Source of the DNA: an uncultured delta proteobacterium
GTDB lineage: Bacteria > Myxococcota > Myxococcia > Myxococcales > Myxococcaceae
Direction of reading: 5' to 3'
Assembly (NCBI GenBank): GCA_963771175.1
Contig: CAVYSY010000002.1
Location: 96,001-160,000 of the forward strand
DNA length: 64,000 bases
A model generated the notes under the pieces. That model was given only the letters and a program-made list of their open reading frames with translations. It had not been told where the DNA came from and did no database searches. This document shows positions 1-9,811 of the stretch, piece after piece; position 1 is the stretch's first letter; every line of letters begins with the position of its first letter. The position numbers were made by a program, and so were the translations under genes.

Positions 1-226
1 GGGCACCTTCGGCGGTGGCACCCTGGAGCTCGACGTCAGTGCGAAGGAGCTCTCCGGCACGGTGGGCCCGTGTACCTATGACCTGGACTTCAAGGACGAG
101 GCCTACCAGGGCGTCCGCGTCTGCGACGGAGAGCGACAGCATGTGTGGGTCTTCCTGACGCCCGGCCTCCCGGAGCCGCTCTCCCCGATGTGGGTGACGA
201 CGCTCGTCGTCCTCCTGGGCACATAG
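1..226 (+). CDS. 3' end of a hypothetical protein (runs off the window)
   Basis: Open frame from base 2 (GTFGGGTLELDV...GPCTYDL...VCDG...LVVLLGT) to TAG at 224-226, with GC-rich third positions. Confidence 0.7.
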   Translation, partial: GTFGGGTLELDVSAKELSGTVGPCTYDLDFKDEAYQGVRVCDGERQHVWVFLTPGLPEPLSPMWVTTLVVLLGT

Positions 227-278
227 TCCCGGCGATACGGCCTCCTCACCTCGGGCCAAGACGGTAGTCTCCGCCGCG

Positions 279-1190
279 ATGAACACCCCCACCGCCCCCC
301 AGCGGCCCCCGCTGCGCCCGGAGGACCTGTGGTCCCAGACGGTGCGCACCACCCATCACGGCCTGGCCACCGGAGCGCTGCAGCCCATCGCCACCGAGTG
401 CCGGATCCTCGAGCAGCACGGGGTGTCCTTCCAGGTGCGCGTGCTCGGGCGGGTGCACCTCAAGGAGCGCAGGCGCGAGCAGCCCCGCGCGGCGCCCTTC
501 AATCCCTTCGAGAACCCGGATCCGGACCTCGTGGTGGGGGACGTCTCGCCCACGCACGTGTGCCTGCTCAACAAGTTCAACGTGGTCGAGCACCACCTGC
601 TCATCGTGACGCGCGCCTTCGAGGAGCAAGAGTCCCCGCTCACGGCCGCCGACTTCGAGGCGCTCGCGCTCTGCATGGAGGGCCTGGACGGGCTGGCCTT
701 CTACAACTCCGGCGAGACGGCCGGCGCCAGCCAGCGGCACAAGCACCTGCAGCTCACGCCCCCGCTGGGCCCCGAGGGCTTGCGCGCCCCCATGGAGAAG
801 CTGCTGTCTCCGCCCCCCGCGCGAGGCCACGTCACCACCGTGCCGGCCCTGGCGTTCGCCCACGCGGTGACCGGGCTCGGGCCGTGGACGGGCTCGTTCC
901 GTGAGGACGGGGCACGGCTGCTGGAGGCCTACCAGTCCCTGAGGGCCGCGGTCGGGATGGAGCGAGAGCTCGCCCCCTACAACCTGCTCGCCACGCGAGA
1001 CTGGATGCTGTGGGTACCCCGAGCCCACGCCGAGGCCGAGGGCATCAACGTCAACGCCCTGGGCTTCGCCGGCTCGCTTCTCGTCAAGACGCAGGAGCAG
1101 TTCCAGCGGCTCCAGGAGCTGGGCCCCATGGAGCTGCTGCGTCAGGTCGCGCCACCCGCCACGGCCACACCCGCGAGGACCCGGGGATGA
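279..1190 (+). CDS. ATP adenylyltransferase / Ap4A phosphorylase (APA2 family)
   Basis: NPF..P, LLNKFNV..HHLLIVT, FYNSG..AGASQRHKHLQ (HxHxQ), INVNALGFAGSLLV. Confidence 0.9.
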   Translation: MNTPTAPQRPPLRPEDLWSQTVRTTHHGLATGALQPIATECRILEQHGVSFQVRVLGRVHLKERRREQPRAAPFNPFENPDPDLVVGDVSPTHVCLLNKFNVVEHHLLIVTRAFEEQESPLTAADFEALALCMEGLDGLAFYNSGETAGASQRHKHLQLTPPLGPEGLRAPMEKLLSPPPARGHVTTVPALAFAHAVTGLGPWTGSFREDGARLLEAYQSLRAAVGMERELAPYNLLATRDWMLWVPRAHAEAEGINVNALGFAGSLLVKTQEQFQRLQELGPMELLRQVAPPATATPARTRG

Positions 1191-1621
1191 CGGCCCTGAG
1201 GACGTCACTCGTCATCCTGGGCACGGCGGTGTTGCTCGTCTCCGGCCTGGGCTGGGCAGCTCTCGAACGGGAGGCGCTTCTCCCGGTCTTCCCGCCCCAC
1301 CTCTATTTCGTGAGGCATCCCATCGTTGGGCTCGTGCCTGCCCGAGGAGGCATCGCGCAGTTCTGGCCGGACATGGGAGCGACGGTCCGCGTGTATGTGC
1401 ACGGGCCGGATGGGATCGTGCGCCGCGATTGGGACGTCGACAACGACGGGGTGTTCGAATGCCGCGAGGACAATTGCTACGGCACGAGCACACGGCGCTG
1501 GTGCGTCTCCCGGCGTGTGGACGGTCGATGGGTTGCCCAACCTGAAGAGGTCAGGGACTGCGCCATTCCAGGGGAACGTGGCCCGGTCACGAAGGCAGGG
1601 AGCGAGACGGCTCCCCCCTGA
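1187..1621 (+). CDS. Hypothetical exported protein
   Basis: ATG overlaps upstream stop (ATGA); N-terminal hydrophobic segment; DWDVDNDGVFE Ca-loop-like motif; 4 Cys. Confidence 0.55.
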   Translation: MTALRTSLVILGTAVLLVSGLGWAALEREALLPVFPPHLYFVRHPIVGLVPARGGIAQFWPDMGATVRVYVHGPDGIVRRDWDVDNDGVFECREDNCYGTSTRRWCVSRRVDGRWVAQPEEVRDCAIPGERGPVTKAGSETAPP

Positions 1622-1633
1622 GCCGTTGCCTCT

Positions 1634-2731
1634 TCAGGCCTCCATCAGGATGCGGTGCCGGTAGAGCTCCAGCAGGATGTCCTCGTGCAGGTCCGCCTGC
1701 TTCTCCTCGCGCAGGCGCTTGCGCACCGCCTCGACCGGCTCGCGGCCCGTGAACTCCACGATGAGCGCGTAGGCCAGCCCGGGCAGCGCCACGGCGTCGT
1801 ACTCGCTGTAGGCCCCCAGCGCGACACTCCCATCCGGGAGCCACTTCACGGTGGCCTCGGGGTTGAGCTTGAGCGCCTTCGGCAGCGTGGGCGCGACCGC
1901 GTCCCGGAGGCTCTTCTCCAGCACCTTCAGCTCGATGACCCCATCCAGCCCGAGGATCTTCTCGACGTCCTCCGGCGACAGCTTGCGGATGATGTCGTAG
2001 CTGGCCCGGTAGAACTCGTGCTCACGACCCGCCCACTGGCGCCACAGCGCGGCGTACTCCTTGTCGGGCAGGGGCTTGTCGTCGAGGTCCTCGACGGTCG
2101 GCGTCTCCGACAGGTCCGGCTTGTCCTTCCCGGTCAGGATGTACTCGGGCATCAACTGGAGCACGGCGTAGCGCGAGAGCTGGATCTCCGAGAGCGCCAG
2201 GTACGTCTTGAGCGTCATCCAGAACTTCCGCCCGTCGGCCCCCGCCACGTACTTGCAGAAGAACGTGGAGCACACCGCCTCGCGGTAGGGCCAGATGGTG
2301 CAGCCGCCCTGCTCCAGCTCGTAATACGGGCAGCGCATGGAGGCCGCCTTGCCGAAGAACTGGCGCGAGTTGCGATAGAGCAGGTTGTACCGGGCCGACG
2401 GCCGGACCCACTGGGGCGACACGCCCGTGCGGCTGGCGATCTTCTCCCCCACACGCCGCTGCCCCTCGCCCAGCTCCGCGCGCTCGTCGGATAGGAGCGC
2501 GCCCACCAGGTAGTTCGGCAGCTTGGGGTAGTAGGTGCAGCACTTGGTGTCCGGCCGGAAGAAGCGGCTCACCCCATCCACGGACTCGACGGCCCCGTGC
2601 GCCGAGGACTGGCACATGGCGCACGAGGAGCACGTGGCCTTCGTCTCGACTGGAATCTCCTTCCGGAAGAAGTCGGGGAAGAGCTCGCGGTAGAGGACGG
2701 GCAGGCTGTCGAGGATGCGAGGCAGGGACAC
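1634..2731 (-). CDS. YkgJ/FliB-like cysteine-cluster (Fe-S/Zn) protein
   Basis: CSSCAMC, KCC, CPYY, GCTIWPYREAVCSTFFC pattern. Confidence 0.75.
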   Translation of the reverse strand: MSLPRILDSLPVLYRELFPDFFRKEIPVETKATCSSCAMCQSSAHGAVESVDGVSRFFRPDTKCCTYYPKLPNYLVGALLSDERAELGEGQRRVGEKIASRTGVSPQWVRPSARYNLLYRNSRQFFGKAASMRCPYYELEQGGCTIWPYREAVCSTFFCKYVAGADGRKFWMTLKTYLALSEIQLSRYAVLQLMPEYILTGKDKPDLSETPTVEDLDDKPLPDKEYAALWRQWAGREHEFYRASYDIIRKLSPEDVEKILGLDGVIELKVLEKSLRDAVAPTLPKALKLNPEATVKWLPDGSVALGAYSEYDAVALPGLAYALIVEFTGREPVEAVRKRLREEKQADLHEDILLELYRHRILMEA

Positions 2732-2764
2732 GGGCTCCTCCGTTCGTGGGTAGGGGCCAAGGGC

Positions 2765-3229
2765 TCAGGAGACGAGCCGGATGAGGATCATCACCATCAG
2801 CGCCAGGGAGGCGAGCTGCCCCACCCCAAAGCCCATCGAGCGCCACGGCTGCATGGCCTTCAGGTAGGCGACGCTGTGCACCACGCGGGCGGCGGTGAAG
2901 GCGATGAAGCAGCTCTGCAGGCCGAGCACCGGCGCGCCAGCCAGCACGGCGATGAAGCCGAGGATGAGGAAGGCCGGGATGTTCTCCAGGTCGTTCCGGT
3001 GGGCACGCAGCACCCGGTCCACCTCGGGGTGCTCGGCCGTGACGAGCTGGGCGCCGCGAGCCGTGTCCTCGGCGTTCAACGCCACCTTGAGGCGAGCGCG
3101 CGTCACCGCCGTATAGACGCCGACGGCGTACATCTTGACGACGAGGACGATGGCGCACAGGGCGTAGAGCCGGAAGCCCGGCATCGACAGGAGGAGACTG
3201 GAGGAGAAGTTCGGGAGCAGGTCGTTCAT
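2765..3229 (-). CDS. MAPEG family protein (microsomal glutathione S-transferase-like)
   Basis: NAED...HPEVDRVLRAHRNDLENIP, F.AARVVHSVAY; 4 hydrophobic helices. Confidence 0.9.
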   Translation of the reverse strand: MNDLLPNFSSSLLLSMPGFRLYALCAIVLVVKMYAVGVYTAVTRARLKVALNAEDTARGAQLVTAEHPEVDRVLRAHRNDLENIPAFLILGFIAVLAGAPVLGLQSCFIAFTAARVVHSVAYLKAMQPWRSMGFGVGQLASLALMVMILIRLVS

Positions 3230-3376
3230 GGGGGGAAGAGACTCGCGGAAGGAGGGCCCTGGACCCGCCATGTACCAGCAGCGCGGATGTTTGGACAGCC
3301 GTCCCCGGCCCCGGCGGCAGGCCGCACCAGCAGTGCCTTGACGGCGAGGCCCGGCTTGCCCATGTTGCCGGGCCCC

Positions 3377-4034
3377 ATGCCTGTCCTCAGTGGTTCAGTG
3401 ACCTTTTCGCGCTTCCGGTCCGAGCCGGCCGGAAACGCTCCTTCGGATGTGAAACGCTGGCTCGCCAAGGGCCTGAAGTCCGGAGCCTTCGAGCCCATCG
3501 ACCTCAAGAAGACCGAGGACGAGCGGGCGGCGGGCTTCGTGGAGGTGGAGCAGCATGACTCCACGGACTTCTCCACCGGTAGCGTCCTCTATGGTGAGTA
3601 CGCCCTGTTCGGCTTCCGCGTCGACACCGTGAAGGTGCCCGCGGTGGTGCTGAAGGCCGAGCTGGAGAAGTGGGCCAGCCGCCTTCGAGAAGCAGAACGG
3701 CCGCGCCCCCACCCGGGGCGAGAAGTCCGAGAACCGCGCCTCCCTGCGCCACATGCTGCGCCAGCGCGCCGTGCCCCACACCAAGGTGCACGACGTGAGC
3801 TGGAACCTGAAGACGAACCAGGTGCAGCTCTGGGCCTCCTCGCGCAAGGTGGTGGACGAGGTGCTGCTGGCCATGGAGACGGCCTTCGAGGTGAAGCTCC
3901 AGCCGCTGGTGCCCGCGTCCCTGGCGGCGCGCGCTGGCATCGCCGACGACGACCTCGTCCCCACGCCGGAGCTGATCGGCGTCGAGATTTCCAACAGCGA
4001 GATTCCCAGCGAGGTGAGCCATGGGGAAGCGTGA
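3377..4034 (+). CDS. RdgC-like recombination-associated protein (one frameshift near 3680)
   Basis: MPVLSGSVTFSRFR...FEPID....DERAAGFV...FRVDTVKVP continues in the next frame as LRQRAVPHTKVHDVSWNL. Confidence 0.7.
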
Positions 4035-4692
4035 GCAGGCGAGGATCGAAGCGGCCTTCATGCGGGGCGACACGGGTATCGACGGAGCCGCCACCGAGGA
4101 GGAGACGCGAGACGAAGCCGAAGTCGAACGCGACAAAGCCCGAGAGCAACTGCTGCGCGGCCGGGCCTACCTGGGCCGCGAGTTCCTCACGTGGATGCTG
4201 TGGCGCTCGGAGTCCGGCGATGCGCTGGCGGACTTCGAGGGCGCCGGTCTCGTCGTCCTCTACACCGGCCGCTGCATCCTGCGTGGCATCAACGGCGACG
4301 TCACCGAGCTGGCCGCCCGCGGCGCGATGGCGCCCTACTCGGAGAACGTGAAGCACTCGCTGGACCGCGGCCTGCTCATCCACCAGGCCCGGGTGCGCAT
4401 CACCCACGGCGAGAAGGTCTACGAGGTCACGCTGGACGCCGAGTTCCTCGACATCCGCGCGGCCAAGCTGCCGGAGCTGATGACCGAGGAGGAGGATGAC
4501 CGGCTCCAGGAGCGGCTCTACCTCACCGAGCAGCTCTCCGGCATGGTGGACACGCTGGTGCTGGCCTTCCTCGAGGTGCGCGCCAGCCGCAACTGGAGCA
4601 AGAAGGTCGTCCCGGCGATGAAGAGCTGGATGAAGGGCGAGGACGAAGCCCCTCGCACCAAGGTGGAGCTCGCGCGCGCCGCTCGCGGCTGA
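4021..4692 (+). CDS. Conserved partner of RdgC-like protein (possibly a second RdgC-fold subunit)
   Basis: YLGREFLTWMLWRSE motif; overlaps the upstream RdgC-like gene. Confidence 0.6.
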   Translation: MGKREQARIEAAFMRGDTGIDGAATEEETRDEAEVERDKAREQLLRGRAYLGREFLTWMLWRSESGDALADFEGAGLVVLYTGRCILRGINGDVTELAARGAMAPYSENVKHSLDRGLLIHQARVRITHGEKVYEVTLDAEFLDIRAAKLPELMTEEEDDRLQERLYLTEQLSGMVDTLVLAFLEVRASRNWSKKVVPAMKSWMKGEDEAPRTKVELARAARG

Positions 4693-4709
4693 GCTGACGG
4701 CGGGCCTCC

Positions 4710-5660
4710 ATGGACTCCCCTGCCCGACTCACCTTCTTCTGTGAGCTGGAGGCCGGGCCCCTGGAGGCCCTCTTCGCCGACCCGGCCGTCATCGAGCACC
4801 TCCTGGCGCTGCGAGCCAGCGTCAGCCTCGGGGTGCTCGACCTCGGACCGGAGCGGGCCCGGGTGGTGCGCCGGCTGAACCAGGCCGGTGTGCCCGTCAT
4901 CGCGTGGCTGCTGCTGCCCCGGGCGGAGGGCTACTGGTTCAACCTGGACAACGCGCCCCGGGCCGCGGCCCGCTACGAGGCCGTGCGCGCCTGGACGGCC
5001 GAGCACGCGCTGCGCTGGGACGGCGTGGGACTGGACATCGAGCCGGACATCCACGACCTGCAGCGCCTGTTGGAGAGCCGCTGGCGCCTGCTGCCCGCGC
5101 TGCTGCCCCGGCTCGCGCGGGGTGAGCGGCTGCGTGGGGCTCGGGCCGCTTACGGCGCCCTGGTGGACCGCATCCGCGCGGACGGCCACCGGGTGGACAG
5201 CTACCAGCTCCCCTTCATCGTGGACGAGCGTCGCGCGGGCTCCACCCTGCTGCAGCGCCTCCTGGGGGTGCTGGAGCTCCCCGTCGACCGCGAGGTGCTG
5301 ATGCTCTACTCCAGCTTCGTGCGCCCCCACGGACCGGGAGTGCTGGGAAGCTACGGGCCGGAGGCGCGCTCCGTCGGCGTGGGCGTCACCGGTGGCGGGG
5401 TGGACGTCCCGGACCTCATCGCGGTGCCGCCGATGGACTGGGCGGAGCTCGCTCGGGACCTGAGACTGACGCGGCGGTGGACGGACGACATCCACGTCTT
5501 CAGCCTGGAGGGCTGCGTGCGCCAGGGCTTCCTCGCACGGCTCCGGGACTTCGACTGGAGGGGGCCGGTGGAGACGCCTCTGACGTCGGCCCGACGCGTG
5601 GGCTGGCTGCGCCGGGCCGCGGGTCTGGTGCTCCGGGTCAGCTCCTGGCCGCTGAATTGA
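4710..5660 (+). CDS. Hypothetical protein, possible TIM-barrel glycosidase-like fold
   Basis: Long ORF with typical codon bias; WLLLP...GYWFN, GVGLDIEP, VLMLYSS motifs. Confidence 0.65.
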   Translation: MDSPARLTFFCELEAGPLEALFADPAVIEHLLALRASVSLGVLDLGPERARVVRRLNQAGVPVIAWLLLPRAEGYWFNLDNAPRAAARYEAVRAWTAEHALRWDGVGLDIEPDIHDLQRLLESRWRLLPALLPRLARGERLRGARAAYGALVDRIRADGHRVDSYQLPFIVDERRAGSTLLQRLLGVLELPVDREVLMLYSSFVRPHGPGVLGSYGPEARSVGVGVTGGGVDVPDLIAVPPMDWAELARDLRLTRRWTDDIHVFSLEGCVRQGFLARLRDFDWRGPVETPLTSARRVGWLRRAAGLVLRVSSWPLN

Positions 5661-5754
5661 TGGGGGCGCCAGCGCCAGCTTCCGGGAGTGCCAGAACAAG
5701 CGAGGGTTTGGGAAACTGGCTGCCGCTTACCCGTTCTGATAGGTGGTCCGTGCC

Positions 5755-6710
5755 ATGTATAGACTCCTACTTTTGCGGTCTGCCGTGCTTCTCGTCCTCG
5801 TGGCGTCCGGAGCTGAGGCCGAGGAATGGGAGCCCGTCTCTCGGAACCTCTACCTTTCAGACGACCCGAGGGACGACGTACGCCGGGTGTACGTCGCCGG
5901 TGGATGACAACCGTGCTCCGCTTCCAGCAACCCTGCGACCGAGCAGGAACGAAGATGCTGGGCTGGGAAGGCCGCTTCGAGCCCGTGGAGTGTGCCGGGA
6001 AGAAGGTGCTCATAGAACCGCTCCACGACCTCGAGCCCGAGGATCGCTTCCTCTTGCTGGTGACGCTCGCGGATGGGAAGGAACTGCCCTTCACCGTGAC
6101 GGCGCATGAGGGTCGGTTTGATCATCAGGTGAACGTCTTTCCGGACCTCAAGACCCCGGAGGCAGCCCGCAGGCGACTCGCGGATGCCTACCAAAGGGAG
6201 CAGATTCTCAAGAAGGAGAACGAGAGACTCCTAAAGGAGCAAGCCTCTACCGATCACGCCTACGCCTCACTCCTGGCCCGCGGCGAAGCGAAAAACACAC
6301 CGTTTCATCGCGAGAGCAAGTGGCGAGTCGCGCTCGGGGGCGCGGTCGTTGATATTTATATTTATTCCGCCAGGAAGACACAAAAGGCAGCCGTCCTGTT
6401 TCATGTGCTCAACAGCGATCTGGACGTGCCCTGGAAGCTGAAGGAAGTCCAGCTATCAGCCATGCTCAGCAGACAATCCCACGAAGAGCCAGCACGAACA
6501 GGCGAGAAGAAAGCGTTCGCCTTGCGCACGAATCGCGACGAAATCCCGCCCGGCGAATCCGGCTTTGTCGCCGTCGTTGCAGACAAGAGTGCCTTTGCTT
6601 CAAAAGATGGACCCGTTCATCTTGTTCTTGAGCTATTCCGGCATGACGGCCTTCAGCAAGCAGTTGTCTACCTGGACCATCGAATCGTGGCTGAACAGGG
6701 AGCGCGCTAA
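5755..6710 (+). CDS. DUF2381 family exported protein (frameshift near 5900)
   Basis: Signal peptide MYRLLLLRSAVLLVLVASGAEA from ATG 5755, then VYVAG/..TTVLRFQQPCD, DRFLLLVTLADG..LPF, IPPGESGFVAVVAD. Confidence 0.8.
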
Positions 6711-6712
6711 CC

Positions 6713-7201
6713 ATGTCCGTGAGAAAATCCCTCGCACTCCCTGCCGTGTTCCTTCTGTTTGTAATCACTGGCTGCCCCTCTGCAGGAGTGTCTCTGCGTC
6801 CTGATGGCAGTCCCGAACCAGAGAAATGCTCCGAAAAGGCATTGGAAGTCATGCGCATCTTGCGGATGCGTGTAGGTGATGCCGCCGATGCGCATCTCGA
6901 TGCGAATCAGATAGATGCAAGTCCCGTCATTGTTTACGACGGTCCGATTGAAAGCTACTTGACCGAATCGCTTGGTACGCTTGATCCCGGAACTCGCCTC
7001 TACGGACAGGCGTGGACGGGAGGGTTTCAGGTCGTCGTCCGGTATTATGAAGCGCACCCTCCCGATGGCGACAAGGTTCCAATCTGCGCGGTCGCTCGGC
7101 TCGGTCGCGGCCAGATGCGAAAGAGGCCCGATTCCAAGCCGGGGAGCGCTCTCCTCGAACATGGCGCGGTGTCTGTTTTCGTGGTCGATTCGTTCCGGTA
7201 G
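6713..7201 (+). CDS. Lipoprotein resembling the extracellular C-terminal domain of myxobacterial Ser/Thr kinases
   Basis: Lipobox VITGC; CSEKALEVM..L, GTRLYGQAWTGG..VVRYYEA..PDG.KVPICAV. Confidence 0.65.
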   Translation: MSVRKSLALPAVFLLFVITGCPSAGVSLRPDGSPEPEKCSEKALEVMRILRMRVGDAADAHLDANQIDASPVIVYDGPIESYLTESLGTLDPGTRLYGQAWTGGFQVVVRYYEAHPPDGDKVPICAVARLGRGQMRKRPDSKPGSALLEHGAVSVFVVDSFR

Positions 7202-7265
7202 ACCCACCTATTGGGGCGCATAGAAGGGTAGACCCTCCGCGTTCCGGAGACACGGTGCCCGGACT

Positions 7266-7970
7266 TCACGGCCCTTCGACATCCACCATGCTCCACTCGA
7301 CATCCGATGAAATCCGCTCGTGGGAAGGAGGAGGCACCGGGTTGCGCTCCGCCCGCGCCTTGATGCCCAGCATCATCTTCCGCATCATCCCCAGCTCGCC
7401 GAGGTCCATGGCCAGGTAGAGGAGGAAGGCGCCCGGACGGAGCGAGGGGCGCATCCGCACCCGGGTGACGAGGCGGGTCCTCCGCACCCCGAGGGGTTCG
7501 AGCAGGAGGACACTGCTGATGAGGGGATGGCCCCTGTCGCGAATCACGAGCTCGAGGCACCGCTCGGGCACGAGCCCCTCCACGGTGAAACCCCCACGGG
7601 GGCCGACCACCCAGGGCCAGACGGCGGAGAGCGGCGCCTCGACGGTGACGGCGCGGGTGGCCTCCTTCAGGGGATGGGCCACGAGGTCATCGCCGCGCAT
7701 GGGCCGATGCACCTCCTCCCACGTGGCCCCCCAGGAGAGCTGCCTGGGACGGATGAAGAACAGGTTCACCCAGGAGAAGGCCGCCCCCAGGAGGGACAAT
7801 CGCTGGAGGGCGCGCATGGCGTTGCTCCTCGCCGGACGCGCATTCAGGGCAGCCGCCCCCAGGGTGGCTCCCATGCCGATGACCACGCCGGGCCACCGGG
7901 AGCCCATGTCCCGCCACACCTCCCGCCAGGCCTCCTCCATCTGCCCCACGCTCTGCCCTGCCCTCTTCAT
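7266..7970 (-). CDS. SRPBCC-like membrane-associated protein, apparently internally shortened
   Basis: [16 protein letters not shown]....[35 protein letters not shown]. Confidence 0.65.
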   Translation of the reverse strand: MKRAGQSVGQMEEAWREVWRDMGSRWPGVVIGMGATLGAAALNARPARSNAMRALQRLSLLGAAFSWVNLFFIRPRQLSWGATWEEVHRPMRGDDLVAHPLKEATRAVTVEAPLSAVWPWVVGPRGGFTVEGLVPERCLELVIRDRGHPLISSVLLLEPLGVRRTRLVTRVRMRPSLRPGAFLLYLAMDLGELGMMRKMMLGIKARAERNPVPPPSHERISSDVEWSMVDVEGP

Positions 7971-9039
7971 GTCCTGCCCTCCTGGCCCGCGCTGGCTCCT
8001 CGCCCCTGCTCGTCCAGCCGCCGCGCGAGGTAATCGACACAGGCGTCGAGTGTGGTGAGCCGCCCGTAATCCGACTCGGGAATGGCGCGTGCTCGAAGAT
8101 GAGGACGGGATCCGGCTCCTGGAGCGCGCTCCACAGCATGCCGCGCGCGTCCTCCAGCGTGGCGGGGGCCAGGATGCGGATGCCCGGGATATGGGCGAAC
8201 CACCCCTCGAAGCTGTGCGAGTGCTGCGCGGCCACCTGCCGCCCCGCCCCCGTCGCCAGCCGGATGACCGGCAGCTTGCGCAACTGGTCCGCCAACGCCA
8301 AGCCGAGCGCGAGCGGCAGTCCCCCGGCGACGATGGCATTGCCGCCGTAGAAGCGCCGGGACACATCGAAGAGGTGCATGGAGCCACCACGCCCCCGACT
8401 GCACCCCTCGGCCCGGCCGAACATCTCCGCCATGATGGCCCGCGCGGGCACGCCCCGGGCCAACGCGTGCCCGTGCTCGCGATAGTGCGACACGAGCGCA
8501 TCGTCCGGCTGGAGCGAGCGGATGGCCCCCACCGCGCACGCCCCCTCGCCGATATAGATGACGTCGTCGGTGCGGCCCACGACCCGCTCCAGGCGCGTGC
8601 GAACGGGCTCGGGGCCGAAGGCGGAGAAGAGCGGGCAGAAGACGGCGCGGTGCTTCAGCGTGCCGAGCGCGGCGATGTACAGCTCGGGGACGCGACCCAG
8701 GAGGGAGAAGACGCGCTCGCCCGGCCCGATGCCCAGCGCCTCGAGCGCGTTCGCGAAGCGGCTCGTCCAGGAGGAGAGCTCGGCGTAGGTGAAGACCTCG
8801 CGCTCACCGCGTCGCCCCAGCCAGCGCAGGGCCGGATGCTCTCCCTTCCCTGCCAGGCAATGCCGCTCCACCGCCTCGTGAGCGATATTGAGGCCCCTCC
8901 CTCGCGGCAGCCCGGCCAGCTCCCGTTTGGCGGCTTCCCAGGAGAAGGAACCCCGCGTGGCCTCGTAGCCGAGCATGTTGGGAGGCACCCGCCAGCCCGC
9001 ACGTGGCTTCACGATGCGCTGCACGTCCTCCGGCCTCAT
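7967..9039 (-). pseudogene. Chimeric remnant of acetate-CoA ligase / pyruvate dehydrogenase E1 alpha / E1 beta / acyl carrier protein operon
   Basis: Successive segments [21 protein letters not shown] (AcsA N-term), GRTDDVI (AcsA C-term motif), YIGE..HYREHGH..GRGGSMH (PdhA), [15 protein letters not shown] (PdhB), [13 protein letters not shown] (ACP). Confidence 0.85.
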
Positions 9040-9314
9040 CCGCGCACCCTCTCTCTGTCCCACCCTTCCAGAGGTAATTCTCCGCCCATCAGCCGACACC
9101 CCGCCTGCCGAGATGAAGCAGGCACCCTGGAGCGGGGAGCAGGCATCCTGGACCGCTTGCCCTACCTCCTGGTCGAGCCGAGCTTCATGGAAGCAACAGC
9201 AGCGCACGCCGACACAGCCGCCTGATAGGCGCAGAGGGCGGCTTGCTGGCACCCGAGGCGATTCCCAGCTTTCCCAGAGCCGCCCGGTGAGGCCTCGAGG
9301 CGGGGAGGTGCCCG

Positions 9315-9797
9315 ATGGAGCTGCTGACCATTCCCATCGAGAAGCCGGGAGACCTGAACGTCATCCTCGGCCAGTCGCACTTCATCAAGACGGTCGAGGA
9401 CATCCACGAAGCACTCGTGGGCACCTCGCCCCACCTCAAGTTCGGCCTGGCGTTCTGCGAGGCCTCCGGCGCCCGACTCGTGCGCGCCTCCGGCAATGAT
9501 CCGGAGCTCGTCGAGCTCGCGACGAGGAACGCGCTGGCCATCGGCGCCGGCCATTCCTTCATCATCTTCCTGCGCGATGGCTTCCCGGTCAACGTGCTCA
9601 ATCCGCTCAAACAGGTTCCCGAGGTGTGCCGCATCTACTGCGCGACCTCGAACCCGGTGGAGGTGCTCGTCGCCGGCACCGAGCGGGGGCGCGGCATCCT
9701 GGGGGTCGTGGACGGCGAGCCCCCGCTCGGGGTGGAGAAGGAGCAGGACGTGCGCGAGCGCAAGGAGCTGCTGCGCACGATTGGCTACAAGCTGTGA
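9315..9797 (+). CDS. Adenosine-specific kinase (DUF355 family)
   Basis: [54 protein letters not shown]. Confidence 0.9.
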   Translation: MELLTIPIEKPGDLNVILGQSHFIKTVEDIHEALVGTSPHLKFGLAFCEASGARLVRASGNDPELVELATRNALAIGAGHSFIIFLRDGFPVNVLNPLKQVPEVCRIYCATSNPVEVLVAGTERGRGILGVVDGEPPLGVEKEQDVRERKELLRTIGYKL

Positions 9798-9811
9798 GGG
9801 TACGCCCCCCG

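Noticed and set aside
279..9797. Adenine-nucleotide signalling cluster (Ap4A phosphorylase plus adenosine kinase)
   Set aside because: 8 kb apart with unrelated genes between; no sign of linkage
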